A DNA stretch of 64,000 nucleotides from Candidatus Levybacteria bacterium RIFCSPHIGHO2_01_FULL_38_26 (GTDB lineage Bacteria > Patescibacteriota > Microgenomatia > Levybacterales > UBA12049). The stretch is taken from the NCBI GenBank assembly GCA_001782075.1, contig MFNO01000013.1, positions 48,608 through 112,607 of the forward strand, written 5' to 3'. The number at the start of each line of letters is the position of its first letter. Position 1 is the stretch's first letter. Made by a program: the position numbers and the translations under genes. Below are positions 18,203 through 28,013 of this stretch, one piece after another. The notes beneath the pieces are model-generated. The model worked only from the letters and a program-made list of their open reading frames with translations. It searched no databases and was not told the DNA's origin.

Positions 18203-19918
18203 ATGAGTAAGTCCAATTTCTTTTTTGGAGTTATTATTTTTCTGTTATTTTTGATTCAGGGCATTTTTTTGTTGCCGGATTATGGAATGAATTGGGATGA
18301 GCCCGCCCATTATCTGCGTGGACAGGCATATTTGCGATTCTTTTTAACCGGGGAGAAAGACTATAAAGAGTTTCCTCAGCTGAAATCACATCTACCAAAA
18401 AGCGAATTTGTCGATCCTCCCCAGTACAAATGGATCGTTGGGGACGACAGCGTTTTTCGAAGAAGCATATTTCAATACGACAGAGGAGAGGGAGAAAAAT
18501 TTACTTATTTTTACTATCTTAAATACGACAAAGGTCATCCGCCTTTAAATGGAATTCTTGCTTCTTTATCAAACTATATTTTTTATCAAAGATTAGGGGT
18601 TTTTAAAGATATAGAAAGTTATCATTTATTCACTATTTTTCTAAGTGCAATATTGGCGGCATCCATTTTCATATTCACCTCTCGCTTTTATGGTAAATTC
18701 GCAGGTCTAGTTGCGGTTTTGTCTCTTTCTTTGTTTCCGCTTTTTTTTGCAGAATCGCATTTTAATATTAAAGATCCAGTTGAATCCAGCTTTTATTCAC
18801 TAGCTCTTTTTGCTTTTTATATTGGCGTTGTCAAAGGTAAATGGAAATGGATTATTATCTCGGGAGTTTTTGCCGGTTTTGCTCTGGGGACAAAGTTTAA
18901 TATTATATTTGCCTCCTTTTCTCTTGCTGTATGGCTTGCCATTTATCATTGGAGGTCTATAAAGAGAGTGTCCTGGCCATTTTCAAAATCGCAAACAGCA
19001 AGTTTTGTTCTGTATCCGTTTATAGCTTTATCTATCCTTTATATTTCATGGCCCTACCTGTGGCAAGATTCCAAAAATATCATGCATATCTTTTCATACT
19101 ACAGAGAAATTGGGATTGTTCCTTATCAGCCTCCTGGTTATTATTTTTTTGGATTCAATACATATGCTGTTTGGTGGTTACTTTTTAGTACGCCTCTTGT
19201 TATATTGTTCTATTGTTTTTTTGGTATTTTCTATGTTTTAAAATACGGATTATCAGAAAAAAATAAGCTGGCAATATTTATTTTTTTATGGCTTCTTGTT
19301 CCTGTTGTTCGGGTAAGCTTTTCTACTACCGGAATCTACGGCGGTTTACGACAAATAATGGAATTTATTCCTGCTATGGCGATATTGTCAGGCATTGGCG
19401 CAAACTATCTAGTTCAAAGTTTAAAATTCAAAATTTTTAACTTTAAACCGCAGCTTTTAACTTTTATTTTTAAACTTTTAATTATTGCATCATTTATCCC
19501 CATAACTATAAAACTGATCTCCATCCACCCCAATCAAAACGTCTACTTTAATCCATTTATAGGAGGTCTTAAAGGGGCTTATGAAAGAAATTTTCCTGAT
19601 TGGGGAGTGAGTTTGGGAAGTGTATATCAGCAGGGTACTGACTGGCTCAATCAAAATGCAGAACGTGGTGCAACCCTAGCACTTGTTCGGGGCTTACATT
19701 CAAATATTCCCCGCACCAAACTCCGACAAGATATAAACTTTGATAACAGATACTACTCGGGAGAGCAAAGAGGGGGAGAATATATAATGGAAGTTATTGA
19801 TTATAACTGGGTTATTCATGTTCCGCGGGAGAAAAGAAAATATCTTGAAAACCTAGAGTCCGTATACAGCGTAAAAGTTGATGAAGTTTCGATTCTTAAG
19901 ATTTGGAAGAATGATTAG
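18203..19918 (+). CDS. GT-C membrane glycosyltransferase (ArnT/PMT-like), paralog of 13859..15958
   Basis: LPDYGMNWDEPAHYLRGQAYLRF (DE motif). The C-terminal segment ISIHPNQNVYFNP...VSILKIWKND is almost colinear with the minus-strand paralog. Confidence 0.7.
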   Translation: MSKSNFFFGVIIFLLFLIQGIFLLPDYGMNWDEPAHYLRGQAYLRFFLTGEKDYKEFPQLKSHLPKSEFVDPPQYKWIVGDDSVFRRSIFQYDRGEGEKFTYFYYLKYDKGHPPLNGILASLSNYIFYQRLGVFKDIESYHLFTIFLSAILAASIFIFTSRFYGKFAGLVAVLSLSLFPLFFAESHFNIKDPVESSFYSLALFAFYIGVVKGKWKWIIISGVFAGFALGTKFNIIFASFSLAVWLAIYHWRSIKRVSWPFSKSQTASFVLYPFIALSILYISWPYLWQDSKNIMHIFSYYREIGIVPYQPPGYYFFGFNTYAVWWLLFSTPLVILFYCFFGIFYVLKYGLSEKNKLAIFIFLWLLVPVVRVSFSTTGIYGGLRQIMEFIPAMAILSGIGANYLVQSLKFKIFNFKPQLLTFIFKLLIIASFIPITIKLISIHPNQNVYFNPFIGGLKGAYERNFPDWGVSLGSVYQQGTDWLNQNAERGATLALVRGLHSNIPRTKLRQDINFDNRYYSGEQRGGEYIMEVIDYNWVIHVPREKRKYLENLESVYSVKVDEVSILKIWKND

Positions 19919-20484
19919 AGCTTAGCCTTGTATTCTTCTATTGTCTGCCAGTTTCTTTTTGAAAAATCTGAGACTGTCAGAAAAGTTTTTGCCTGTTCTT
20001 TTGAAACTCTTTTGGCAAGGGAGGAGAGCACTTCTTGATGTTTTAGGGACGCGGTGTGAAGTTTTTTAGAGAAGTCATCAGTAAGGCTTATCTTTTCAAC
20101 TTCTTTTGAGATAAGCGTATAATTATGCTCTGCTTTTAGGGCTGTCTCCATTGCGAGATCAACTTTTCCTTTGTCAACAAGCATCGCTGATGCCAAGATG
20201 CCCTTGTCTGTTTGAAGAAGATAAAAATCTATTTTTTTATTAGGGTCAGATATCAACGCTGCAGATATTTTGTCTCTAAACACCTTCAACTTATAGAGCG
20301 GGTGATCAGGAAGTATTCCTGGATAAGCTAGGTTATATTCAATAATCGCAGCAGATGTTGCTTGTTTTACTTCAAGCGTATCTTGATTTCCCGTTTCTTT
20401 AGCGTGTGAGACGCTAGATGAGAGAAAAATACTTAAAATAAAAACAAAGAACAATAAAACTCTTTTCATTTTGTCTGTTAACAA
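19915..20484 (-). CDS. Secreted hypothetical protein (DUF5667-like motif)
   Basis: Signal peptide MKRVLLFFVFILSIFLSSSVSHA, then the motif YNLAYPGILPDHPLYKLK, which is shared with 4440..4973. Confidence 0.55.
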   Translation of the reverse strand: MLTDKMKRVLLFFVFILSIFLSSSVSHAKETGNQDTLEVKQATSAAIIEYNLAYPGILPDHPLYKLKVFRDKISAALISDPNKKIDFYLLQTDKGILASAMLVDKGKVDLAMETALKAEHNYTLISKEVEKISLTDDFSKKLHTASLKHQEVLSSLAKRVSKEQAKTFLTVSDFSKRNWQTIEEYKAKL

Positions 20485-20529
20485 CTAATATAGCAGTTTG
20501 TATAGAAAAAGTAAAGAAAGTTTGGTAAA

Positions 20530-21489
20530 ATGGGGAAACATATGCAAAATATTAGTCTTGTAGCTGGAGGAGCTGGATTTATCGGATCTCATCTTTGCAA
20601 AAATCTGTTAAAAAATGGCCATACGATAATTTGCCTTGATGATTTATCAACAGGAAGCAAAAGAAATATAGATCCGTTTTTGGATAATAAGAATTTTATA
20701 TTTATAAATGGTAGCGTAACAGATTCAAAAGTTATCCTTGAATTGGATAAGCTTTCAATAAATGAAATATTCCATTTAGCAAGTCCTGCTTCAGTAACAT
20801 ATATTATGGATCATCCTGTAGATGCAGCGCAGGCTAATAGCATCGGGACAAAAAATTTGCTTGAAGTCGCAAGGAAAAAAAACGCAAAGTTTTTGTTCGC
20901 TTCAAGCTCTGAGGTCTATGGTGACCCAAAAGAACATCCTCAAAAAGAGACTTATTGGGGAAATGTCAATCCGATTGGGGTTCGAAGCGGATACGATGAG
21001 GGAAAACGTTTTGGTGAAGCGCTAACGTTTGCCTATCACAGGCAGTACGACATTGATATTAGAATTGTTAGAATATTCAATACATATGGTCCCAACTCAA
21101 GTCCAAAAGACACAAGAATAATTCCAAATTTTGTAACGCAGGCAATTAGAAATGTTCCGCTCACTGTCCATGGAGATGGCACTCAGACTCGTTCTTTATG
21201 CTTCGTCTCTGATTTAGTTGAGGGCATGATGCTTTTGATGGAGTCGGATTACAAAGGACCAGTCAATTTGGGAAGTCCAGATGAATATCGTGTCATAGAT
21301 ATAGCAAAAAAAATTATAGATCGTTTTGATTCAACGTCAAAGATTACTTTTGTTCAAAGACCAAAAGACGACCCTAGCAGAAGAAAGCCAGATATTTCTC
21401 TTGCTCAACAGAAGCTTAATTGGCAGCCAAAAGTTTCATTTGAAGAGGGATTAGGAGAAACCGTGAAATATTTTAAAGAAATTATCTAA
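20530..21489 (+). CDS. uxs: UDP-glucuronate decarboxylase (UDP-xylose synthase)
   Basis: GGAGFIGSHL, YDEGKRFGE and RIFNTYGP are UXS/ArnA-C-domain-like motifs. The start may instead be the Met at 20542. Confidence 0.8.
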   Translation: MGKHMQNISLVAGGAGFIGSHLCKNLLKNGHTIICLDDLSTGSKRNIDPFLDNKNFIFINGSVTDSKVILELDKLSINEIFHLASPASVTYIMDHPVDAAQANSIGTKNLLEVARKKNAKFLFASSSEVYGDPKEHPQKETYWGNVNPIGVRSGYDEGKRFGEALTFAYHRQYDIDIRIVRIFNTYGPNSSPKDTRIIPNFVTQAIRNVPLTVHGDGTQTRSLCFVSDLVEGMMLLMESDYKGPVNLGSPDEYRVIDIAKKIIDRFDSTSKITFVQRPKDDPSRRKPDISLAQQKLNWQPKVSFEEGLGETVKYFKEII

Positions 21490-21490
21490 A

Positions 21491-22759
21491 ATGACCTCGC
21501 TTCTTGAAAAAATAGAATCAAAAACCGCCAGGATAGGTGTTGTTGGGTTGGGTTATGTTGGTTTGCCGCTGGCTATTCTATTTGCGAAAAAGGGATTTTC
21601 GGTAACAGGGTTTGTTAGGAGCAAAGAAAAAAAAGATATGCTCTCAGGTGGAAAAAGCTATATACAGGACGATGATATAGAAAAAAGCTTGCCGGATTTA
21701 GTTAAAAAAAAGAAATTTGTTGCAAAAATCTCAAGTGCCAAAGAAGTTGAGAAGCAAGATGTTATCGTTATTTGTGTTCCTACTCCTGTTACCGAGGGCA
21801 AGAAACCAGATTTGACAGATCTTGAAAAAGTTGCAAAACAGTTATCGCAAGTCGATTTGACAGGCAAGTTGATAGTTAATGAATCAACTGTAGCCCCGTT
21901 TACAACAAGAGATGTCTTGGGAGGTTTTAAATCCAAGTATTTTCTTGTTTGCTCTCCAGAAAGAGTAGACCCGGGGAATAAAAAAAGAACAACTGAATTT
22001 ATACCAAAAGTCATCGGAGGAAAGGACAAAGAGAGCCTGGAACTCGCACGAAGGCTCTATGAGCAAGTTCTCAAAGCTGAGGTTGTTCGGGTAAAAAGCA
22101 TGGAGGCCGCAGAAATGGCAAAAATGCTTGAAAATTCATACAGGGCAGTCAATATCGCGCTGGTCAATGAGTTTTCAAAACTTGCGGAAAAATGCGGCAT
22201 AGACATATTGGATGTGTTAAAAGCCGCAAGCACAAAGTGGACTTTTCAAGCTCACTATCCGAGTATTGGCGTAGGAGGGCACTGTATTCCTGTTGATCCC
22301 TACTATGTTTTGGAGTTGGCTCTCCAAAAAAAACTTTCAATGAGCGTTCTTGAGGAAAGTCTTTTAGAGAATGAAAGAATGCCCGAATATATATTGGAAA
22401 AACTGATGTCTGTATATAAAAAAGGGGATAAGATTTTGATTTATGGGCTAACTTACAAAAAAGACGTTGGTGACTTGCGAGAAAGTCCGGTTTTGGCTTT
22501 TTGCAGTTTACTTAGCAAAAATAAGATTCCTTTCTTTGTGTACGATCCTTTTGTTTTGGATAACGACATGAAGAAGCTAGAGCTGTCGAATAGCGTACTT
22601 GAGAAATCAGATATTTTTGTGGTTGGTACCGCGCACAGTACGTTGTCAAATGATTATAGAAAGGCTGTGGGACCAAATACTATTGTAATTGACGGGCAAA
22701 ATTTCTTTGACAGAAAAGTTGGAAAAAAAGTTATTGGCATTGGGAGAGCTTTTTTGTGA
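21491..22759 (+). CDS. ugd: UDP-glucose/GDP-mannose 6-dehydrogenase-family nucleotide-sugar dehydrogenase (probably UDP-glucose 6-dehydrogenase)
   Basis: IGVVGLGYVGLPLA, catalytic GGHCIPVDP, and 422 aa. Confidence 0.8.
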   Translation: MTSLLEKIESKTARIGVVGLGYVGLPLAILFAKKGFSVTGFVRSKEKKDMLSGGKSYIQDDDIEKSLPDLVKKKKFVAKISSAKEVEKQDVIVICVPTPVTEGKKPDLTDLEKVAKQLSQVDLTGKLIVNESTVAPFTTRDVLGGFKSKYFLVCSPERVDPGNKKRTTEFIPKVIGGKDKESLELARRLYEQVLKAEVVRVKSMEAAEMAKMLENSYRAVNIALVNEFSKLAEKCGIDILDVLKAASTKWTFQAHYPSIGVGGHCIPVDPYYVLELALQKKLSMSVLEESLLENERMPEYILEKLMSVYKKGDKILIYGLTYKKDVGDLRESPVLAFCSLLSKNKIPFFVYDPFVLDNDMKKLELSNSVLEKSDIFVVGTAHSTLSNDYRKAVGPNTIVIDGQNFFDRKVGKKVIGIGRAFL

Positions 22760-23571
22760 AAAACCCTCTGGTCTCAGTAATTGTACCATCATATAACTCC
22801 GCAAATTTTATAGAATCATGTCTTGAAAGCTTGAGAAACCAGTCGTACAAAAATATTGAGGTTATCGTTGTTGATAGAAATTCTAAAGATGAAAGTCTCA
22901 AAATCGCAAAGAATTTTACAAATAAAATATACACCCATGGACCTGAAAGAGCCGCGCAGATAAATTTTGGGGCAAAAAAAGCAAAAGGAAAATATCTTTA
23001 TAGAGTAGATTCTGATTTTGTCTTGGAAAAAGATGTTATTAAAGAATGTGTTGAAAAAGCGGAGAAAGAGGAGCTGGACGGAATAGCTGTGCACAACACG
23101 TCTGCAGAGGGCTTGGGTTTCTGGGCTGATGTTCGAAAGCTTGAACGTAACACTTACAGAGAAGATCAGCTTATTGTCGCAGTCCGATTTTTTACTAAAA
23201 GAGCATGGGAGAAAATCGGAGGATTTGACGAAACACTGTACGGTCCTGAAGACTATGATTTTCATAATAGATTTGTCAGTTCTGGTTTTAAATGGGGAAG
23301 AATAAAAGCGATTGAAAGGCATTTGGGGGAACCAAGAAGTCTTGCTGATATATGGAAAAAACACTATTTTTACGGTCAGCAAATGGTCAGATATTTTAGG
23401 AAATATCCAGCTATTGCCGCAATGCAGTTTATACCGGTGAGGAAAAGCTATCTGCAAAATATTGGCGTGTTTTTGTTCCATCCTCTTATATTTTTGGGTC
23501 TTATAGTTATGACAGTCGTGAAGTTTACCGCTGGAGGCTTGGGGTTTTTAAAAACGCTTGTCTTTCGCTAG
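22756..23571 (+). CDS. GT2 glycosyltransferase
   Basis: VSVIVPSYNSANFIESCLESLRNQSY..IEVIVVDRNSKDES. Confidence 0.8.
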   Translation: MKNPLVSVIVPSYNSANFIESCLESLRNQSYKNIEVIVVDRNSKDESLKIAKNFTNKIYTHGPERAAQINFGAKKAKGKYLYRVDSDFVLEKDVIKECVEKAEKEELDGIAVHNTSAEGLGFWADVRKLERNTYREDQLIVAVRFFTKRAWEKIGGFDETLYGPEDYDFHNRFVSSGFKWGRIKAIERHLGEPRSLADIWKKHYFYGQQMVRYFRKYPAIAAMQFIPVRKSYLQNIGVFLFHPLIFLGLIVMTVVKFTAGGLGFLKTLVFR

Positions 23572-23574
23572 GAA

Positions 23575-24831
23575 TTATTTTTCTCTTGTGTAAAGGTAAT
23601 AGAAATACGAAAAAGGGCTTCCTTGTTCAAACTCAATAACCTCACCTTTTTTTATCTTATCCAATACAAACGCTCTATAATTTTGCAAGCCTACAGTTCT
23701 TATTGCAAGAAACTTATTTATCCCAATATACGCATAGTAAATAGCAAAGACAATTATAAAAAGAGTTATAAATTTATTTTTAACTTCAAGTAATTTATAG
23801 ATGATAAAAGACGCAATCATCACCCCAAGAAATCTATTTGTAGAAAAGTAATAGTTTGTAACTTCTCCGCTATACGTAGAGAGAACCAACCATGGGATTA
23901 GGAAATAAAGAAAAACCAAAGAGACCATAACAAAGCCCTTTTTTGTAGGAATATTTAAAAAATGAATTACAAAAAAAACAGGAAGAACAAACCAGCCTAA
24001 AATCCTCATAATCGGATTTATGGTAAATGCTTCTATTTGAATAAAAGCGCTGGTGAATAATTGTAGAACTCGAGTGAGATGTAATCCGTGAAACGATGAT
24101 CCTATATAGCTTATCTGATTTAAGGCGTATTTGTTTGTATTGAGCAAGTTCACAATTATTATCGGAGATAAGCTTACAGCTAAAATTGGGATAGATAAGA
24201 GAATATGCAGAAATGTTTTTTTTGTTTTTGGAAAAAAGGGAAGCGTGAATAGAATGATAAGAGGCAGGAAAACAGCTACGGTCAAATGGATATGAAACGC
24301 GAGAGCAACGACTATAGCAAGGTATAAGATATGTTTTTCACTTCCCAAAAGAATTTTGTACAAAAAATAGAACGCAAGCAGCGAAATAAGAGGAATGAAA
24401 TTTACCTCCCATTGAACTCTATCGAATTCAATAGCGGAGTAGGAAACTGTGTTTATAAAAACAGCAATCAATGCTATTGGCATTGTGAATAGTTTTTTTA
24501 CAACAAAAAAAAGCGTAAAGAATCCGATTATACTGGTAAAACCGGCGAACAAACCTGCAGCTATTGGATCCAAATTTGTGAAGAAGTAAAAAATAGAGAT
24601 TGCGTAGTAATACAGTGGTCCTACAAAAAATCCACTGCTGAGTTTATTTTCTGGTCCAATGAGGGGAAAATTATGATCAACGATTATTCTTTTTGCCGCC
24701 CACGCACTATCAACCTGGTCATAGAGAAAGCTGCTTTTTGTCTCAATTTCATAAAATCTCAAAAATATATGGAGAACTAAAAGGGCAAGGAGGATAATAT
24801 ATTTCTTATCCTTAAATAGAAATGGTGTCAT
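23575..24831 (-). CDS. GT-C-like polytopic membrane protein (PMT_2/ArnT-like)
   Basis: About 12 TM, with an early loop LYDQVDSAWAAKRII. Confidence 0.55.
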   Translation of the reverse strand: MTPFLFKDKKYIILLALLVLHIFLRFYEIETKSSFLYDQVDSAWAAKRIIVDHNFPLIGPENKLSSGFFVGPLYYYAISIFYFFTNLDPIAAGLFAGFTSIIGFFTLFFVVKKLFTMPIALIAVFINTVSYSAIEFDRVQWEVNFIPLISLLAFYFLYKILLGSEKHILYLAIVVALAFHIHLTVAVFLPLIILFTLPFFPKTKKTFLHILLSIPILAVSLSPIIIVNLLNTNKYALNQISYIGSSFHGLHLTRVLQLFTSAFIQIEAFTINPIMRILGWFVLPVFFVIHFLNIPTKKGFVMVSLVFLYFLIPWLVLSTYSGEVTNYYFSTNRFLGVMIASFIIYKLLEVKNKFITLFIIVFAIYYAYIGINKFLAIRTVGLQNYRAFVLDKIKKGEVIEFEQGSPFSYFYYLYTREK

Positions 24832-24833
24832 TT

Positions 24834-25475
24834 TTAGTTTATTTTACATTCAAAAATAATATTTGGAAACGGCCTACTGGAAGTTTCCTCGCTTACTTTT
24901 ACATTAAACCCCATTTTTTTAAAAAGATTCAACCATTCTTTTTCTTTTCTAAAATAAGCTCTTGTGTAAAATTTTTTTTCAAAAACCCAGGGGACAAGAA
25001 AATTATCAGCTATCCAAGCTGCCAAATATTTAATAGTAGGTTTTGCGTGTACCTCTACAATTACCAGCTTTCCGTTTTTGGATATAGATTTTTTGGCTTT
25101 TTCAAGCACTTTTTCTTGAGTAGCTCTTCCCGGAAGGTGATGTAAAACATGAAACAATACTATTGTTTCTGCTTTTGGATAGGGGATTTTTACGATATCT
25201 CCAACTTTGAAAGAAGTGTTTTTAATTCCTTTTTTGGCTCGTTCTAATCTTTCCGGGGCAATCTCTATTCCTGTGATTTTTCTTTTGTCAGACGCGATCG
25301 CTAAATAATTTGATAGCAGTCCTTCTCCGCATCCTAAATCCAAAACAGTTCCGTTTTTTGGAAGTATTTTTTCTACAACTTCATACGGCTCTTCCCAAAA
25401 TTTAAAATTTGAAAGAAATTTTTCCCACCAATTACCCGCGTAAAGGTTGATCGTTTTCTCCCTAGCACTTTCCAT
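24834..25475 (-). CDS. Class I SAM-dependent methyltransferase
   Basis: VLDLGCGEGLLSNYLA (motif I). Confidence 0.8.
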   Translation of the reverse strand: MESAREKTINLYAGNWWEKFLSNFKFWEEPYEVVEKILPKNGTVLDLGCGEGLLSNYLAIASDKRKITGIEIAPERLERAKKGIKNTSFKVGDIVKIPYPKAETIVLFHVLHHLPGRATQEKVLEKAKKSISKNGKLVIVEVHAKPTIKYLAAWIADNFLVPWVFEKKFYTRAYFRKEKEWLNLFKKMGFNVKVSEETSSRPFPNIIFECKIN

Positions 25476-25505
25476 CTGATTAGATTATAGCATCCTCTTT
25501 TAAAT

Positions 25506-26243
25506 TTGTATCACACTATATATAATATTGCTGTGTTGAAATCGGTTAAACAGAAGACGAGCTTATCTATTGTTATTCCTGCTTACAATGAAGAAGAAAG
25601 CTTGGGTTACGTACTGCGGGATACGCTAAAAGATGTTCCTAAAGTTGTAAAAGACTACGAAGTTATAGTTGTGGATGATGGCTCAGAAGACAACACGCCA
25701 CAAATAGCAGACTCATATGCTAAAAAAAATAGACACGTCCGGGTTATCCATCAGAGGCAGGGTGGATTCAACAAGGCAATGATAACAGGGCTTAGGAGGG
25801 CAAAAAAAGATTATGTTGCTTACATGCACGCCGGCGGTCAAGAATTGATAAGAGATATGATTAATTGTATAAGAATCATGCAAAATTATGATTTGGTACT
25901 AGGTATTAGAGGGAAAAGAATTGATTACAACCCGTATCGTTTGCTTCTATCCTATGGTGCTTTGGTAATTTATAGAGTGCTTTTTGGGATTACTTACGAA
26001 GACGTGCACTGGGTTTACATTTGGAAAACAAAAGAAGTGCAAAAACTAAAACTCGATCCAAAAGGAGGAATATTTTTACTTGTTGAGAGTTTGGTTAAAT
26101 TCAAAAGAAAGGGTCTTAAGATTGGTGAAGCATTAGCACCGTATAGACCCAGGTATGGAGGAGACAATAAAAATACCAGCATAAAAGTGGTATGGCAAAC
26201 TATTATTAGTATTTTTAAACTGCGGCGCAAAATTGTTATATGA
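25506..26243 (+). CDS. GT2, DPM1-like polyprenyl-phosphate glycosyltransferase
   Basis: LSIVIPAYNEEESLGYVL...YEVIVVDDGSEDNT. Confidence 0.8.
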   Translation: MYHTIYNIAVLKSVKQKTSLSIVIPAYNEEESLGYVLRDTLKDVPKVVKDYEVIVVDDGSEDNTPQIADSYAKKNRHVRVIHQRQGGFNKAMITGLRRAKKDYVAYMHAGGQELIRDMINCIRIMQNYDLVLGIRGKRIDYNPYRLLLSYGALVIYRVLFGITYEDVHWVYIWKTKEVQKLKLDPKGGIFLLVESLVKFKRKGLKIGEALAPYRPRYGGDNKNTSIKVVWQTIISIFKLRRKIVI

Positions 26244-26950
26244 CCAAACATTTTAAGCTAGGCGAGTCGCTTTCTATAGTTATTCCTTCTTACAACGAAG
26301 AAGGTAATTTAGGAAATTTGGTTAAAGAGACTTTAGAAGACGCCAAAAAAATAGCTTCAGATTTTGAAATTATTATAGTAAATGACGGCTCGTCTGACAA
26401 AACAGGAAATGTAGCTAATTCGTTGGCAAAGGTATACAAACTTGTCCGAGTAATTCACCACAAAAAAAATCAAGGACTTGCTCTGGCTTGGAAAACGGGC
26501 ATCCAGGCTTGTAAAAAAGATATTATTCTTTACATTGAAGGAGATGGACAGCAACCTTTCAAAGATCAATACGATCTTTTGAGAAAAATAAAAAATGCAG
26601 ACCTTGTGTTGGGTACCCGTACTCACAGATTTGACTATACATTTTTTCGCAAAACCCTCTCATACGGATATCTTTTTTTAATTTGGTTATTTTTTAACCT
26701 CAAATATAAAGACGTTGGCTGGTCTCAGGCATATAGGCGCAAAATCTTTGATAAAATACAAATGAAGTCGGTTACCCCATTTTTCGACACAGAAGTTGTA
26801 ATCAAAGCTTTAAGGAATGGATTTAAGGTTGTTGAGGCACGCTCATTTTACCGTCCTCGGAAGGCCGGCTCAACAAGTTTGGGCAATATTCAGACGGCTT
26901 ATAAAATGTTTGACGAAATGGTAAAGATGAGATTAGGCTTTCTTGATTAG
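26240..26950 (+). CDS. GT2, DPM1-like; tandem paralog of 25506..26243
   Basis: LSIVIPSYNEEGNLGNLV...FEIIIVNDGSSDKT; the alignment to the upstream gene is colinear. Confidence 0.8.
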   Translation: MTKHFKLGESLSIVIPSYNEEGNLGNLVKETLEDAKKIASDFEIIIVNDGSSDKTGNVANSLAKVYKLVRVIHHKKNQGLALAWKTGIQACKKDIILYIEGDGQQPFKDQYDLLRKIKNADLVLGTRTHRFDYTFFRKTLSYGYLFLIWLFFNLKYKDVGWSQAYRRKIFDKIQMKSVTPFFDTEVVIKALRNGFKVVEARSFYRPRKAGSTSLGNIQTAYKMFDEMVKMRLGFLD

Positions 26951-27011
26951 TATTTTTGACATCCTAAAATAAATAATATACTATTGACTCTAGAAATTAT
27001 TAGACAAAAAA

Positions 27012-28013
27012 ATGGCAAAATTGCTTGTAACTGGCGGCGCCGGATTTATCGGGTCAAACTTTATCCATTATTGGTTATCAAAACACCCAAAAGACTCAAT
27101 TGTTAATTTGGACAAACTTACCTACGCAGGTCATTTAGAGAATCTCGCAGGACTTGAAGACAATCCCAGATATACTTTTGTCAAAGGAGATATTACAAAT
27201 AGAGCAGATGTTGACTGGGCAATTAAAAACGTTGACGCCGTAGTGCATTTTGCAGCGGAAAGTCATGTGGATAGATCCATCGAGGAGCCGCTTGAGTTTA
27301 TCAAAACAAATGTTCTAGGGACAGGGGTTCTTTTGGATGCTGCGTTGCGGCACGGACGAAAAAGATTTCACCATATTTCAACAGATGAAGTTTATGGAGA
27401 GCTGAGAGTCAAAGATCTGCCATTCAATGAAAAATCTCCTCTAAATCCGCGAAGCCCATACGCCTCATCAAAAGCAGCATCGGATTTATTGGTCAAAACT
27501 TACTACACTGCTTATGGGTTGCCGGTAACTATCACAAACTGCGCGAATAACTACGGTCCGTATCAGGACGTGGAAAAACTTATTCCCCGTTTTATCACAA
27601 GGCTTTTATCCAACAAAAAAGTAACCTTGATGAGTAGAGGGGAAAATATTAGAAGCTGGTTGGCAGTAATAGACCATTGCAGAGCAGTTGATATTGTTTT
27701 GAAGAAAGGAAAGATAGGGGAGATTTACTGCGTTGGAGGAGAAGAAAAAACAAATCTTCAGATAACGCAAAGCATATTAAAAATCTTGGGAAAAGATAAG
27801 TCCTGGATAAGTTTTATCTGGAATAGAGCTGTGAATGATTTTAGGTATGCGCTTGATGACTCGAAGATTAGAAAGTTGGGTTGGAAACCAAAACATAATT
27901 TTGAAAAAAGACTCAAAGAAGCAGTTGAATGGTATAAAAAAAATGAGTGGTGGTGGAAAAAACCAACTCTAAAGCAAACTTTAATTGATTTTAAAAATAC
28001 TTTATGGCAATAA
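27012..28013 (+). CDS. rmlB: dTDP-glucose 4,6-dehydratase
   Basis: LLVTGGAGFIGSNF, HFAAESHVDRSI and YASSKAASD are canonical RmlB motifs. Confidence 0.9.
   Translation: MAKLLVTGGAGFIGSNFIHYWLSKHPKDSIVNLDKLTYAGHLENLAGLEDNPRYTFVKGDITNRADVDWAIKNVDAVVHFAAESHVDRSIEEPLEFIKTNVLGTGVLLDAALRHGRKRFHHISTDEVYGELRVKDLPFNEKSPLNPRSPYASSKAASDLLVKTYYTAYGLPVTITNCANNYGPYQDVEKLIPRFITRLLSNKKVTLMSRGENIRSWLAVIDHCRAVDIVLKKGKIGEIYCVGGEEKTNLQITQSILKILGKDKSWISFIWNRAVNDFRYALDDSKIRKLGWKPKHNFEKRLKEAVEWYKKNEWWWKKPTLKQTLIDFKNTLWQ

Noticed and set aside
22816-23481. 221-aa ORF antisense to the GT2 gene 22756..23571
   Set aside because: The sense-strand ORF has canonical GT2 motifs. The antisense product is low-complexity with no domain, so it is most likely a chance ORF.
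24822-25145. 107-aa + strand ORF overlapping the minus-strand methyltransferase
   Set aside because: The methyltransferase on the opposite strand has intact SAM motifs. The overlapping ORF is Phe/Lys-rich and low-complexity.
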